NCBI GenBank assembly: GCA_964542515.1
Contig: CAZIVK010000001.1
Span: 1-33,459, forward strand
Direction of reading: 5' to 3'
Length of the DNA: 33,459 nucleotides
DNA from: an uncultured Oscillospiraceae bacterium
GTDB lineage: Bacteria > Bacillota > Clostridia > Oscillospirales > JAAYOS01
Shown here in pieces: positions 15,415 through 24,576 of this stretch. The notes beneath the pieces are model-generated. The model did not search any database. It worked only from the letters and a program-made list of their open reading frames with translations, and was not told where the DNA came from. Position numbers and translations under genes: made by a program. Every line of letters begins with the position of its first letter. Within the stretch, counting starts at the first letter, position 1.

Positions 15415-16452
15415 TCAGCCCACTTGCGGAATGCGCGTGTCTTCATAAATAGACTGGACGTCTATATTGTTGTAAGCTTCTGTTTTCTCAACAGATATCT
15501 TAGCTTTGTACTCATTAAGAATGTCGTCAAAATCTTCAACGCAGTAGAGCTGCTTGATGCTTTCAAGGTTTTCATCCAGGTAGGTTTTATCGAGTGGTAG
15601 GCGGTTTACAATGCAGAGGGTTCCTTGGATTTCGAGGATATCGCTGGATTCGTTTTCCCCCAAAGCAGCAGTCGCATTGTAGTAGGCATCGGGCATCTCC
15701 CCTTGGGTGAAGGTGATGGTGTTGTTGTTGATACCGGTGTCCTGGTTATATTCCGTCATAAGTGTTTCGAAGTCCCCGCCGTCCTCTATGCGTGAGAGGA
15801 TGTCCTCCATGAGGACTCTGTATTCGGCAATTGTGGCGTCATCCAGGGGTGTTCCTTCCTCATCAAATAGATACACCATAATGTGGCGTGTGCGCAGATA
15901 ATTAGAGTAAAAGCGCTCGGCCACCGCGGTGTATTCCGGCTCCCTCTCCCCGCCTTCAGCGTATAAGCTCTGGTATATCTTAAAGTAGGCCTCAGGGCCT
16001 GTAAGAATGTATGTGTAAAGTTCCCTGTCAATGCCGGCAAGAGCCAGCTGTTTTGCAAAGGCCTCCTCACCGCCAGTCTGCTCAATGGTCTCCTCCACGG
16101 TCTCTTCAATGAAGGCAAGTTCCTCCTCCGTCAGAGTAAGTCCAAGTTCCTCACCATATTTTTGTACGCTTCTGTAGAGGACTATGCTGTCGGTGGCTTG
16201 GTCTTTAAAAAAATCATCGGGTTTGGCGTTGTCGATGGGCTCTTCCCAGTCAACTATCTTGCCCCCGTAATACTCAAATGCGTCCAACATGGATACAAGC
16301 TGGTATCTGAACTCCATTAGACCTATGTTTTCACCGTCCACAATCAGAACAGCAGCCGGAGATGGATCAGGGGGCGCTGTTTCACAGGATGTGAATGATA
16401 GTAATAAAACGGTTATCAAGAGCGATGCCAAGAGTGGGCGGATAAATCTCAA
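15415..16452 (-). CDS. PrsA/SurA-like peptidyl-prolyl isomerase lipoprotein (parvulin-type)
   Basis: A likely TTG start at 16452 is preceded by AGGAGG; the track ORF to 16572 is over-extended. The signal peptide (M)RFIRPLLASLLITVLLLSFTSC ends in a lipobox Cys. The parvulin-like region runs RTRHIMVYLFDEEG...GGDFETLMTEYNQD...GEMPDAYYNA...GTLCIVNRL. Confidence 0.7.
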   Translation of the reverse strand: MRFIRPLLASLLITVLLLSFTSCETAPPDPSPAAVLIVDGENIGLMEFRYQLVSMLDAFEYYGGKIVDWEEPIDNAKPDDFFKDQATDSIVLYRSVQKYGEELGLTLTEEELAFIEETVEETIEQTGGEEAFAKQLALAGIDRELYTYILTGPEAYFKIYQSLYAEGGEREPEYTAVAERFYSNYLRTRHIMVYLFDEEGTPLDDATIAEYRVLMEDILSRIEDGGDFETLMTEYNQDTGINNNTITFTQGEMPDAYYNATAALGENESSDILEIQGTLCIVNRLPLDKTYLDENLESIKQLYCVEDFDDILNEYKAKISVEKTEAYNNIDVQSIYEDTRIPQVG

Positions 16453-16485
16453 TATGAACACTCCTCCTAGGTAGTTTACATAACG

Positions 16486-16494
16486 ATTATAGCA
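16486..16494 (-). promoter_or_regulatory. Extended -10 promoter element upstream of the PrsA-like gene (may also drive the four-gene operon)
   Basis: The minus strand reads TGCTATAAT (TG-n-TATAAT) about 34 nt upstream of the TTG start, inside the 116-nt gap after the DUF1624 gene. Confidence 0.45.
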
Positions 16495-16568
16495 CTGTAC
16501 CGCTGCAAAGTATAGCGAATATTGCGAATTAAACGCCGGACCCGGTCCCCTGTTTAAAAGCTGCACAA

Positions 16569-17282
16569 TCAAAGGAGTCCTTTGATTATGAGCGTTATTA
16601 CGTAGAGAACGGGTTGGTGCAGGATGTAAATAATAAGAGTGTTGCGGCCGATTGCGGCAAAAACCGGAACCTTAAACGTGTAGAAACTTTCTGGGAGCCT
16701 GCGCTCCACAATGTAGCTTCCAGCCCAGGTACCCGCAAGGTAAATAAAGATCCATGGAAGGATTGGAAAATAGTCCGCTGATGCAAAACCCTCCGGCCTG
16801 AAGCCGAGCCACCAGAGAAAATTTACATTGTAGTAGCGCGAGGTGAAGACCATGGCGCATAAGTAGAGCACAATGTAGATTACTATGAGTGCGGGGCGGG
16901 ACACCTTGTCCAACAGTGGCCTTAGGAGTAAGTAGATGATTGGTGCCAAGCCCAGGAAGTGAATAATGCCGAACCACACAGGCATAGCCATGAAGAAGGT
17001 AACCACGGTGATGCCGACCCCAAAGGCCAGCAGTAGCAGCCCCCGCTTGAGGTTGTTCCGGGAAAACCTACAGCTGATGCCCGAGACAAATATAAATATA
17101 CCTGCAAAAAGTGGCTGCAGGATAGCGAGTACCGGATTAAAAATAAGACCGGGAGGTGCACCTACAAATGCAACTAGGTCAAAACCAAAGTGGTATAGGA
17201 CCATGAGGAAAATTGAGATCCCTCTGAGGCCGTCAATTATTTGAATGCGCCCTTTGGAGTCCTTAATGATGAGCGGCCTCAT
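16569..17282 (-). CDS. DUF1624 / heparan-alpha-glucosaminide N-acetyltransferase-like integral membrane protein
   Basis: 237 aa with multiple hydrophobic helices. The N-terminal RIQIIDGLRGISIFLMVLYH matches the conserved R-x-x-x-x-D-x-x-RG start of this acyltransferase-like family. The ATG overlaps the ychF stop (ATGA). Confidence 0.65.
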   Translation of the reverse strand: MRPLIIKDSKGRIQIIDGLRGISIFLMVLYHFGFDLVAFVGAPPGLIFNPVLAILQPLFAGIFIFVSGISCRFSRNNLKRGLLLLAFGVGITVVTFFMAMPVWFGIIHFLGLAPIIYLLLRPLLDKVSRPALIVIYIVLYLCAMVFTSRYYNVNFLWWLGFRPEGFASADYFPILPWIFIYLAGTWAGSYIVERRLPESFYTFKVPVFAAIGRNTLIIYILHQPVLYVITLIIKGLL

Positions 17283-18373
17283 ACGTTGAAGCGGAATAGG
17301 ATTACGTCGCCGTCTTTGACGGTGTATTCCTTGCCTTCAGAGCGGTATATGCCCTTTTCCTTTGCTTTTGCTATGGAGCCGGTGCTCACGAGGTCATCAT
17401 ATGATACAACCTCCGCACGGATAAATCCCCGCTCAAAGTCCGAGTGGATTTTTCCGGCTGCTTGGGGTGCAAGAAGACCACGTTTTATGGTCCATGCACG
17501 TACCTCCGGCTCACCCGCAGTGAGGTATGAAATAAGCCCAAGTAGATGATAACTCTTTTGAATGAGGCGGTTGAGGCCGGACTCTGTAAGACCAAGGTCC
17601 TCAAGGAACATCAGCTTATCTTCGCCTTCAAGGGAGGATATCTCCTCCTCCAGCTTTGCGCATATGGGGAGGGCCTCAGCGCCTTCGGCTTCAGCGTGCT
17701 TAAGTACTGTGTTGTAGTAGTCATTTGTGTCCTTGTTACGAAATCCGGTTTCATCCATGTTGGCGGCGTAGAGGACCGGTTTTTGTGTCAGGAGCTCAAA
17801 GGTGGGCATGAGCTCCTCCTCAGCGGGGTTGTCCGGCGCAAAGGACCGAGCGGTGTGTCCTGCGTCCAAGTGGACCCGCAGACGCTCCATGAGCTCTGCC
17901 TGAGCTACAAGGGACTTGTCCCCTTTTGACGCCTTCTTAGCCCTGTCTATCTGACGAGTTAGGGCCTCCAGGTCTGAAAGGATGAGTTCTGTGTCGATGA
18001 TTTCAATGTCACGCAGAGGGTCGGTTGAACCCTCTACGTGAGTAACATTTGCGTCATCAAAACAGCGCACTACGTGTACAACGGCGTCCACAGACCGGAT
18101 GTGGCTTAGAAATTTGTTTCCGAGCCCCTCACCTTTTGAGGCCCCCTTTACGAGCCCGGCTATGTCAACGAACTCAACAATGGCGGGTGTCACCTTTTTG
18201 GGGTTATACATTTTGGCCAGAGCGTCCAGACGGGAGTCCGGAACGGCCACAACGCCGATGTTGGGGTCTATTGTGCAGAAGGGGTAGTTTGCAGATTCCG
18301 CACCTGCATTTGTAATAGCGTTAAATAGTGTGGACTTTCCTACATTGGGCAGTCCTACAATGCCTAGTTTCAT
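17279..18373 (-). CDS. ychF: Ribosome-binding (redox-regulated) ATPase YchF
   Basis: 364 aa. [22 protein letters not shown]1 motif, a central coiled insertion and a C-terminal TGS-like end ([12 protein letters not shown]). AAGGAGG RBS upstream. Confidence 0.92.
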   Translation of the reverse strand: MKLGIVGLPNVGKSTLFNAITNAGAESANYPFCTIDPNIGVVAVPDSRLDALAKMYNPKKVTPAIVEFVDIAGLVKGASKGEGLGNKFLSHIRSVDAVVHVVRCFDDANVTHVEGSTDPLRDIEIIDTELILSDLEALTRQIDRAKKASKGDKSLVAQAELMERLRVHLDAGHTARSFAPDNPAEEELMPTFELLTQKPVLYAANMDETGFRNKDTNDYYNTVLKHAEAEGAEALPICAKLEEEISSLEGEDKLMFLEDLGLTESGLNRLIQKSYHLLGLISYLTAGEPEVRAWTIKRGLLAPQAAGKIHSDFERGFIRAEVVSYDDLVSTGSIAKAKEKGIYRSEGKEYTVKDGDVILFRFNV

Positions 18374-18401
18374 GAGGGGGGCCTCCTTATAATTGGCTTG
18401 G

Positions 18402-20057
18402 TTATGCTTCCATGATTATCGGAAGAATCATCGGGCGACGCCTTGCTTTTCTAAAGAGGTGGTCGCTGATTTTACCTTTGATTGCGGCTTTCATAGCGGT
18501 CCAGTCGCGTTTTTCAAAGTTGCCGTTCTCAAATACGTTAAGGGCGATTCTTTCAAGGTCCGACATGAGGTCCTCCGTCTCCTTGTCATAGACAAAGCCC
18601 CTTGAGATGGCGCTTGGGCCGGTCATGAGCTCGCCTGTGGCGGAGTTCAAGGTCATGGCAATGATAATGAGACCGTCATCTGCGAGGACGCGTCTGTCAC
18701 GCATAATAGCACTACCGGAATCCCCTACAACCGATCCGTCTATGAGGAGAGATCCGTTTGGAATATTACCGGCAAGCTTTGCAGTTTTGGCGGTAAACTC
18801 TACAGTGCGACCGTTTTCACCGATGAAGATGTTTTTCCGGGGAACACCCATGGTTTCTGCGAGGTTTGCGTGTGAGTTTAGATGCCTGTATTCACCGTGG
18901 ATGGGAACAAAGTATTTGGGGTTTGTCAGCCCAATCATTAGCTTTAGTTCCTCTTTGCAGGCATGTCCGGACACGTGGAGTTCATTTAGGCGTTCGTATA
19001 CAACCTCTGCACCCTTGCGGAAGAGCTCGTTTATGAGCCTTGAGATAGTTTTTTCATTACCCGGGATGGGTGATGCGGAGATAATTATTTTGTCATTTGA
19101 GTCTATTTCAACCTGGCGATGATTGCCAAAGGCCATTCTGTTAAGGGCTGAGAGGGTCTCGCCCTGGCTGCCGGTGGTAATGATGACAAGCTTGTTGCGG
19201 GGTACTCCGCCTATGCGAGCCATGTCAACAAGAGTGCCCTCAGGAATTTTGATATAGCCAAGTTTCATGGCGATGTTCAGGACGTTTTCCATAGAGCGAC
19301 CTGAGATTGCAACTTTTCTGCCTACATTAACGGCGGCCTCTATGATCTGTTGTACCCTGTGGACGTTTGAAGCAAAGGTTGTGACAATCAGGCGTTTTTT
19401 GCAGCCCTTAAAAAGGTTGTCAAAGGTCTCACCTACGGTACGTTCAGACATGGTGTAGCCGGGGCGCTCAACATTTGTTGAGTCTGAGAGCAGAGCAAGA
19501 ACGCCCTGTTTGCCAAGTTCTCCAAAGCGGGCAAGGTCAATCATCTTGCCCTGCACCGGAGTGGGGTCAATTTTAAAGTCACCTGTGTGGATGACTGTGC
19601 CCAGTGGTGTGAAGATGGCCAGTGCCAGGGCATCCGGAATGGAGTGGTTTACGTTGATAGCTTCAACAATAAACTTGCCCAGAGTAAGAACGGTTCCGGG
19701 GTTGATTACCTTAAGCTTTGTGGATTTGAAAATGCCTGCTTCCTCAAGCTTACCCTGAATGAGCCCGGCTGCCAGCGGTGTGGCATATACGGGAGGGTTT
19801 ATGTCCTTTAGGACATAAGGTAACGAGCCTATGTGGTCCTCATGACCGTGGGTAATGACTATTCCACGTATGCGGTTCTTGTGCTTTTTGAGGTATGAGA
19901 TGTCGGGAATGACCAAGTCAATTCCGAGCATATCCCCGTCTGGAAAGCCCATTCCGCAATCCACAACAAGAATATCCCCACCGAATTCATACACGTAGAT
20001 ATTTTTTCCTATCTCGTGCATGCCCCCAAGAGGTGTGATTTTTAATTTTTCTGCCAT
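18402..20057 (-). CDS. rnj: Ribonuclease J
   Basis: The start at the ATG 20057 (MAEKLKITPLGGMHEIGKN) follows AAGGAG; the track ORF to 20123 is over-extended. Metallo-beta-lactamase motif ITHGHEDHIG plus beta-CASP and C-terminal domains. At about 551 aa, the length is typical for RNase J. Confidence 0.9.
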   Translation of the reverse strand: MAEKLKITPLGGMHEIGKNIYVYEFGGDILVVDCGMGFPDGDMLGIDLVIPDISYLKKHKNRIRGIVITHGHEDHIGSLPYVLKDINPPVYATPLAAGLIQGKLEEAGIFKSTKLKVINPGTVLTLGKFIVEAINVNHSIPDALALAIFTPLGTVIHTGDFKIDPTPVQGKMIDLARFGELGKQGVLALLSDSTNVERPGYTMSERTVGETFDNLFKGCKKRLIVTTFASNVHRVQQIIEAAVNVGRKVAISGRSMENVLNIAMKLGYIKIPEGTLVDMARIGGVPRNKLVIITTGSQGETLSALNRMAFGNHRQVEIDSNDKIIISASPIPGNEKTISRLINELFRKGAEVVYERLNELHVSGHACKEELKLMIGLTNPKYFVPIHGEYRHLNSHANLAETMGVPRKNIFIGENGRTVEFTAKTAKLAGNIPNGSLLIDGSVVGDSGSAIMRDRRVLADDGLIIIAMTLNSATGELMTGPSAISRGFVYDKETEDLMSDLERIALNVFENGNFEKRDWTAMKAAIKGKISDHLFRKARRRPMILPIIMEA

Positions 20058-20218
20058 ATGTTTACAGATCTCCTTAAATTTGGTGCACAGTAGAATACCG
20101 CTATGCAGAAGCACAGCGTTCATATGTGGACCGTTAAAATATTATATAAATGTAGAGCCATAGCTATACATGTAAATACATAAAAAGTTAAATGCAATAT
20201 TTAACAATAGTTAATACT

Positions 20219-20247
20219 ATTATAACACCATAAGTCCCTTATGTATA
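20219..20247 (-). promoter_or_regulatory. Candidate sigma-A promoter for rnj
   Basis: The minus strand reads TATACA, a 17-nt spacer, then TATAAT with TG at -15/-14. This implies a ~150-nt AT-rich leader before the rnj ATG. Confidence 0.35.
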
Positions 20248-20258
20248 CATTTAGGACC

Positions 20259-20295
20259 AAAATTTTTTGGGTACCTCCCGAAGGAAGTACCCAAA
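20259..20295 (-). terminator. Terminator hairpin after the small orphan gene
   Basis: On the minus strand, TTTGGGTACTTCC pairs with GGAGGTACCCAAA (13 bp including one G-U, TTCG loop), followed by AAATTTT. It starts 5 nt after the stop codon. Confidence 0.45.
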
Positions 20296-20299
20296 TTAA

Positions 20300-20605
20300 C
20301 TACTTTGTGTTATCAACAAACGTTAGATGGTTGTCCTTTGCGAATTTCTCTAGCTGGGTCTTATAACCATCAAAAAATTCCTTTTCCTTGCTCTTCTCAA
20401 AAATGATAGGTACGGGTGCGCCGGAGGACTCAATGGTAATTTTTTCAGACTCTGTGGGTTTACGCAGGAAAGCTTTAGCCTCATATTTGTCAAACTGGAT
20501 GCGCCTGATTTTGTCAGCTGTCAGGTTGACGTTGCGGTATTGGTTTCCCATAAGTACAGTTGCGATGATTTCTGTTTTATCACAGATTAGATGATTCTTT
20601 GCCAT
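20300..20605 (-). CDS. Hypothetical small protein (101 aa)
   Basis: The ATG at 20605 is preceded by GGAGG; the track ORF to 20683 is over-extended. The gene is flanked by its own promoter-like and terminator-like elements. It is Lys/Glu-rich with no signal peptide and no recognised motif. Confidence 0.55.
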   Translation of the reverse strand: MAKNHLICDKTEIIATVLMGNQYRNVNLTADKIRRIQFDKYEAKAFLRKPTESEKITIESSGAPVPIIFEKSKEKEFFDGYKTQLEKFAKDNHLTFVDNTK

Positions 20606-20660
20606 AAAAATATGTGCCTCCTTCAAAATACAAAGGTATTGAAAAATATATTCAAGTTGT

Positions 20661-20688
20661 ATTATACACATTTTTTTCCACAAATCAA
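20661..20688 (-). promoter_or_regulatory. Candidate sigma-A promoter for the small orphan gene
   Basis: The minus strand reads TTGATT, a 16-nt spacer, then TATAAT. Confidence 0.45.
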
Positions 20689-20718
20689 GAGTGTAGGAGT
20701 TTTTTGCACCCGTTTTTG

Positions 20719-20747
20719 TTGTTTTTATCTATGCCTTCTGATATAAT
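20719..20747 (+). promoter_or_regulatory. Candidate sigma-A promoter for the gdpP-rplI-dnaB... operon
   Basis: TTGTTT, a 17-nt spacer, then TATAAT with TG at -15/-14 (TGATATAAT). It lies about 40 nt upstream of the TTG start. Confidence 0.45.
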
Positions 20748-20785
20748 AATCTGTATTACATTGATGGACTGTCGGAGGTGAGTAG

Positions 20786-22777
20786 TTGAAGAAGAACAGG
20801 ATAATGAGACTCCTGGAGCCCGGAATGAGGGCGTATTTTATCATTTTCCTCCTTTTTTGCACGGCACTTCTCTGGATTGACCCCCTTATTGCTGCCGCAG
20901 GTTATGCTCTTATTATAGTGGAGTATCTGGTATACAGGCGTGTAGCGGCAAGGCGGAGGCGTGAAATACTCGGCTACATTGATAGCGTCACCGCTAGTGT
21001 TGGTGATATAAGGGTGGGTTCGGTAAGCTCGCTCCCCTTCCCTACTGCTATAATCCGGCCTGAAACCGGTGAAATAGCTTGGAACAACGACCTCTTTCAA
21101 GCAATGACAGGTGAGCGCAAGCACATCTTTGATGTGAAGATCGGAAAGGTCATTCCAAACCTGGACCTGCGCTGGCTCATAGAGGGGAAGAGTGAAGCAC
21201 CTTCAGATATTGAAATTGGCGGCCGGGTATACAATGTGTACGGAAGCACTGTGCGTGCTCAAGTATCGGGCGGCGTCCTAGCCACCCTAAACTTTGTTGA
21301 CTGTACTGACTTGAAGCAGACAAAGTTTCTCTATGAGGAGTCCCGTCCGGTTGTTGCCATAGTCCTCATAGACAACTATGATGAAATAATGAAAAATCTC
21401 AGCGGAAATGAATCCAGCAAACTCCTGGTGGACATAAATGATAAAGTGGAGGCCTGGGCGGATCAAAAGGACACCCTCATCATAAAGTATGATAGGGATA
21501 GGCTACTCCTCGTAATGGAAAAGAAGAAACTCGCCCAATTGACTGAGGATAAGTTTGCAGTTCTGGATGCCTCTAAGGCCATCTCCTCAGACCCTATTCC
21601 CCTTACACTCAGTGTGGGAGTTGGCGTTGAGGGGGAATCTTTTTCGGAAAACTTCAGGTACGCCCAACTGGCTATTGACATGGCACTCAGCAGGGGTGGG
21701 GACCAGGCAGTCATTAAGGACCGCCAGAACTTTAAGTTTTATGGTGGACAGACACAGGAACTTCAAAAACGCACCAAAGTCAAGAGCAGAGTTATGGCCA
21801 ACGCACTCAAACAGCTGGTGCTTGACTCAAGTATCATCCTCATTATGAGCCACAAGATGTCTGATCTGGACAGCATCGGTGCCGCCGCGGGGGTTGTGAG
21901 CATTGCCCGCAAGCTGGGCAAAAAGGCCTACATTGTGGTGGACCGCAACAAAACAGCCGCAGCACAACTCCTGTCAAGACTTGAAAATACCCCTGAGTAC
22001 AAGGATGTCATAGCATCACCTACGGACGCCATTCTAATGGCTGACAGCAAGACTCTACTCATAGTGGTGGACGTAAACCGCCCTGAGGTTGTTGAGTCGG
22101 AGGAGCTTTTATTGTCGTGTAATAGAGTGGCCGTCATAGACCACCACCGCCGTTCCGCCAGTTATATAGACAACGCGGCACTGAACTTTCATGAGCCCTA
22201 TGCGTCATCGGCATCGGAGCTTGTCAGTGAGCTCCTCAGTTACATGAGTGAGGGTCCCCCAATTCTTAAAATTGAAGCGGAGGCTATGCTCGCTGGTATA
22301 GTCCTTGACACCAAAAACTTCTCAATGCGCACCGGAGTCCGCACTTTTGAAGCGGCAGCTCGTCTGCGTATGGCCGGAGCGGACACCATAGACATCAAAC
22401 GCCTCTTCCAGGTGGACTTTGACAGCTGTGTAGACCGCTATGACATTGTGCGCCGTACCAATATGTTCCGTGGCTCCATAGCCATCTCACTATCTGAAAA
22501 CACTGTAGACCGCACCATAGCTGCACAAGCAGCGGATGAGCTTTTAAATATTCAGGGAGTTCTGGCATCCTTTGTCCTGTTTCCGGAGGGCAACCGTGTC
22601 ATAGTATCAGCCAGGTCACTGGGTGCTGTAAACGTACAGGTGATCCTTGAAGAATTTGGCGGCGGTGGTCACATGAATATGGCCGGCGCCCAAGTGGAGG
22701 GAAAATCCCCTGAGCTTGTACTCAGTGAGCTCTACCTAGCGGTGGATGAATACCTCAAAACAAACAAAATACAATAG
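20786..22777 (+). CDS. gdpP: Cyclic-di-AMP phosphodiesterase GdpP (DHH/DHHA1 family, YybT-like)
   Basis: TTG start 5 nt after GGAGGTG. Two N-terminal TM helices, then a PAS-like and degenerate GGDEF-like region. DHH-domain motifs SHKMSDLDSIGAA and VIDHHRR, and DHHA1 GGGGH near the C-terminus. It sits immediately upstream of rplI, as in Bacillus. Confidence 0.85.
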   Translation: MKKNRIMRLLEPGMRAYFIIFLLFCTALLWIDPLIAAAGYALIIVEYLVYRRVAARRRREILGYIDSVTASVGDIRVGSVSSLPFPTAIIRPETGEIAWNNDLFQAMTGERKHIFDVKIGKVIPNLDLRWLIEGKSEAPSDIEIGGRVYNVYGSTVRAQVSGGVLATLNFVDCTDLKQTKFLYEESRPVVAIVLIDNYDEIMKNLSGNESSKLLVDINDKVEAWADQKDTLIIKYDRDRLLLVMEKKKLAQLTEDKFAVLDASKAISSDPIPLTLSVGVGVEGESFSENFRYAQLAIDMALSRGGDQAVIKDRQNFKFYGGQTQELQKRTKVKSRVMANALKQLVLDSSIILIMSHKMSDLDSIGAAAGVVSIARKLGKKAYIVVDRNKTAAAQLLSRLENTPEYKDVIASPTDAILMADSKTLLIVVDVNRPEVVESEELLLSCNRVAVIDHHRRSASYIDNAALNFHEPYASSASELVSELLSYMSEGPPILKIEAEAMLAGIVLDTKNFSMRTGVRTFEAAARLRMAGADTIDIKRLFQVDFDSCVDRYDIVRRTNMFRGSIAISLSENTVDRTIAAQAADELLNIQGVLASFVLFPEGNRVIVSARSLGAVNVQVILEEFGGGGHMNMAGAQVEGKSPELVLSELYLAVDEYLKTNKIQ

Positions 22778-22786
22778 GAGGACAAT

Positions 22787-23233
22787 ATGAAATTAATTTT
22801 ACAGGCCGACGTAAAGGGTCAGGGGAAAAAGGGAGATATAATCAACGTATCTGATGGATACGCAAGAAACTACCTACTGCCAAGAAACCTCGCAATCATT
22901 GCAACTCCGGATGCTCTTAACTCCGTTATTATTAGGGATAAGGCCCTCAAGGCTCAGGAGGAGCGTGAAAAGGAGCGCCTCCGCGGTGTAGCAAAGGACA
23001 TGGAGAGCAAGGTTACCCGTATCACAGCTAAAGCCGGCGCCCACGGAAAGCTGTTTGGATCTGTCACATCAAAAGAGATAGCTGACGAACTACAAAAACA
23101 ACACAACATTCAGATAGATAAGCGGAAAATAGTACTGGAAGAGTCAATCAAGCAGTACGGAAGCTATGAAATTCCCGCAAAACTGGGGTATGAAATAAAT
23201 GCAGTTATATTTGTTAATGTTACTGAGGAGTAG
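22787..23233 (+). CDS. rplI: 50S ribosomal protein L9
   Basis: 148 aa. MKLILQADVKGQGKKGDIINVSDGYARNYLLPRNLA is the canonical L9 N-domain. AGGAGG RBS upstream. Confidence 0.95.
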   Translation: MKLILQADVKGQGKKGDIINVSDGYARNYLLPRNLAIIATPDALNSVIIRDKALKAQEEREKERLRGVAKDMESKVTRITAKAGAHGKLFGSVTSKEIADELQKQHNIQIDKRKIVLEESIKQYGSYEIPAKLGYEINAVIFVNVTEE

Positions 23234-23244
23234 GATGAAGACAG

Positions 23245-24576
23245 ATGGATGAGTTACTGGGCCGGCGCATGCCGTCAAGTATAGAAGCGGAACAATCTGT
23301 GGTGGGCTCCATGATAATAGACTCGCGCTGCGTGCCCGAGGTTATTGAAATCCTAAAAGCTGAGGACTTCTACATAGAGCAGAACAAGGTGATCTATGAA
23401 ACAATCCACTACATGTTTAGCTACTCTGAACCAATAGATCCGGTCACAGTACTTGACCGCATGAAGTCACGGGGGGTCTTTGATGACCGCACAAGCCGTG
23501 ACTACATCATGCAGTTGATGGACGTCACACCTACTGCCGCAAACGTGCGCTATTACGCGGGAATTGTAAGGGACAAAGCCCTCCTGAGGCAGATGGCAAA
23601 CGCCAGTGGTGAGATTTCAACCCTCGTCTACAATGAGGAGGGCCAGGCATCAGATATACTTGAGTTAGCAGAGCAGAAGATCTTCTCCATAAGACAGGGC
23701 CGCTCGGACCAGAGCTTTTCAACAATATCGTCTGTACTCATAGACGTCTATGAAAACTTAAATGAGCTGGCTAAAAACAAGGGGCAGATCCCCGGAATCA
23801 CCACTGGCTTTCCTGACATTGACAATATGATATCCGGTCTCAACAAGACTGACTTTGTACTTGTGGCTTCCCGCCCAGGTATGGGTAAGACCGCTATAGC
23901 ACTGAACATGGCCCTTGCGGCCGCCAAAAAACAGGAGAAGGCCGTGGTCATATTCTCCTTGGAGATGTCAAAGGAACAGCTGGCAACGCGTCTGCTCTCC
24001 AGTGAGTCGTTTGTGGACTCAAAGAAGCTCATAACCGGAGACCTTGGGGACAACGACTGGACCAAGATAGCCGTAGCATCGGAAAGCCTCAGCCGCTGTG
24101 ATATCCGCATTGATGACAACCCCACCGTCACACCGGCGGAAATGAAAGCAAAGTGCCGTAGAGTGGATAATCTTGGCCTCATCATAATAGACTACCTACA
24201 GCTCATGTCACTGGGCGGACGCAAAAGTGACAACCGCGTTCAGGAGGTCAGTGAGATGTCCCGATCTCTTAAAATCATGGCTAAAGAGCTGAATGTACCG
24301 GTACTCTGTCTCAGCCAGCTCTCCCGTGCAAATGAAAAGCGTACCGACAAGCGCCCCATGCTGTCGGACCTCCGTGAATCCGGCGCCATAGAGCAGGACG
24401 CAGACATAATCATGTTCCTCTACCGTGACGACTACTATAATGACGACACGGACCGCCGCAACATAGCTGAGGTAATCATAGCCAAAAACCGTCATGGTTC
24501 CACAGGCACAGTCGAGCTGCAGTTTGTACCTCAATATACGGTATTTGCCTCTCGAGACAACATCCACAGGGAGTGA
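23245..24576 (+). CDS. dnaB: Replicative DNA helicase DnaB
   Basis: 443 aa. N-terminal PSSIEAEQSVVGSMI motif, Walker A ASRPGMGKTA, Walker B LIIIDYLQLM and the arginine-finger region SQLSR. Confidence 0.95.
   Translation: MDELLGRRMPSSIEAEQSVVGSMIIDSRCVPEVIEILKAEDFYIEQNKVIYETIHYMFSYSEPIDPVTVLDRMKSRGVFDDRTSRDYIMQLMDVTPTAANVRYYAGIVRDKALLRQMANASGEISTLVYNEEGQASDILELAEQKIFSIRQGRSDQSFSTISSVLIDVYENLNELAKNKGQIPGITTGFPDIDNMISGLNKTDFVLVASRPGMGKTAIALNMALAAAKKQEKAVVIFSLEMSKEQLATRLLSSESFVDSKKLITGDLGDNDWTKIAVASESLSRCDIRIDDNPTVTPAEMKAKCRRVDNLGLIIIDYLQLMSLGGRKSDNRVQEVSEMSRSLKIMAKELNVPVLCLSQLSRANEKRTDKRPMLSDLRESGAIEQDADIIMFLYRDDYYNDDTDRRNIAEVIIAKNRHGSTGTVELQFVPQYTVFASRDNIHRE

Noticed and set aside
16453-16572. 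N-terminal 40-aa extension of the PrsA-like ORF (track start at 16572)
   Set aside because: The extension overlaps the DUF1624 stop and the promoter-like element and has no RBS. The TTG at 16452 follows AGGAGG and yields a textbook lipoprotein signal peptide. Similar over-extensions were trimmed at 1781->1817, 2728->2755, 20123->20057, 20683->20605 and 25987->26020.
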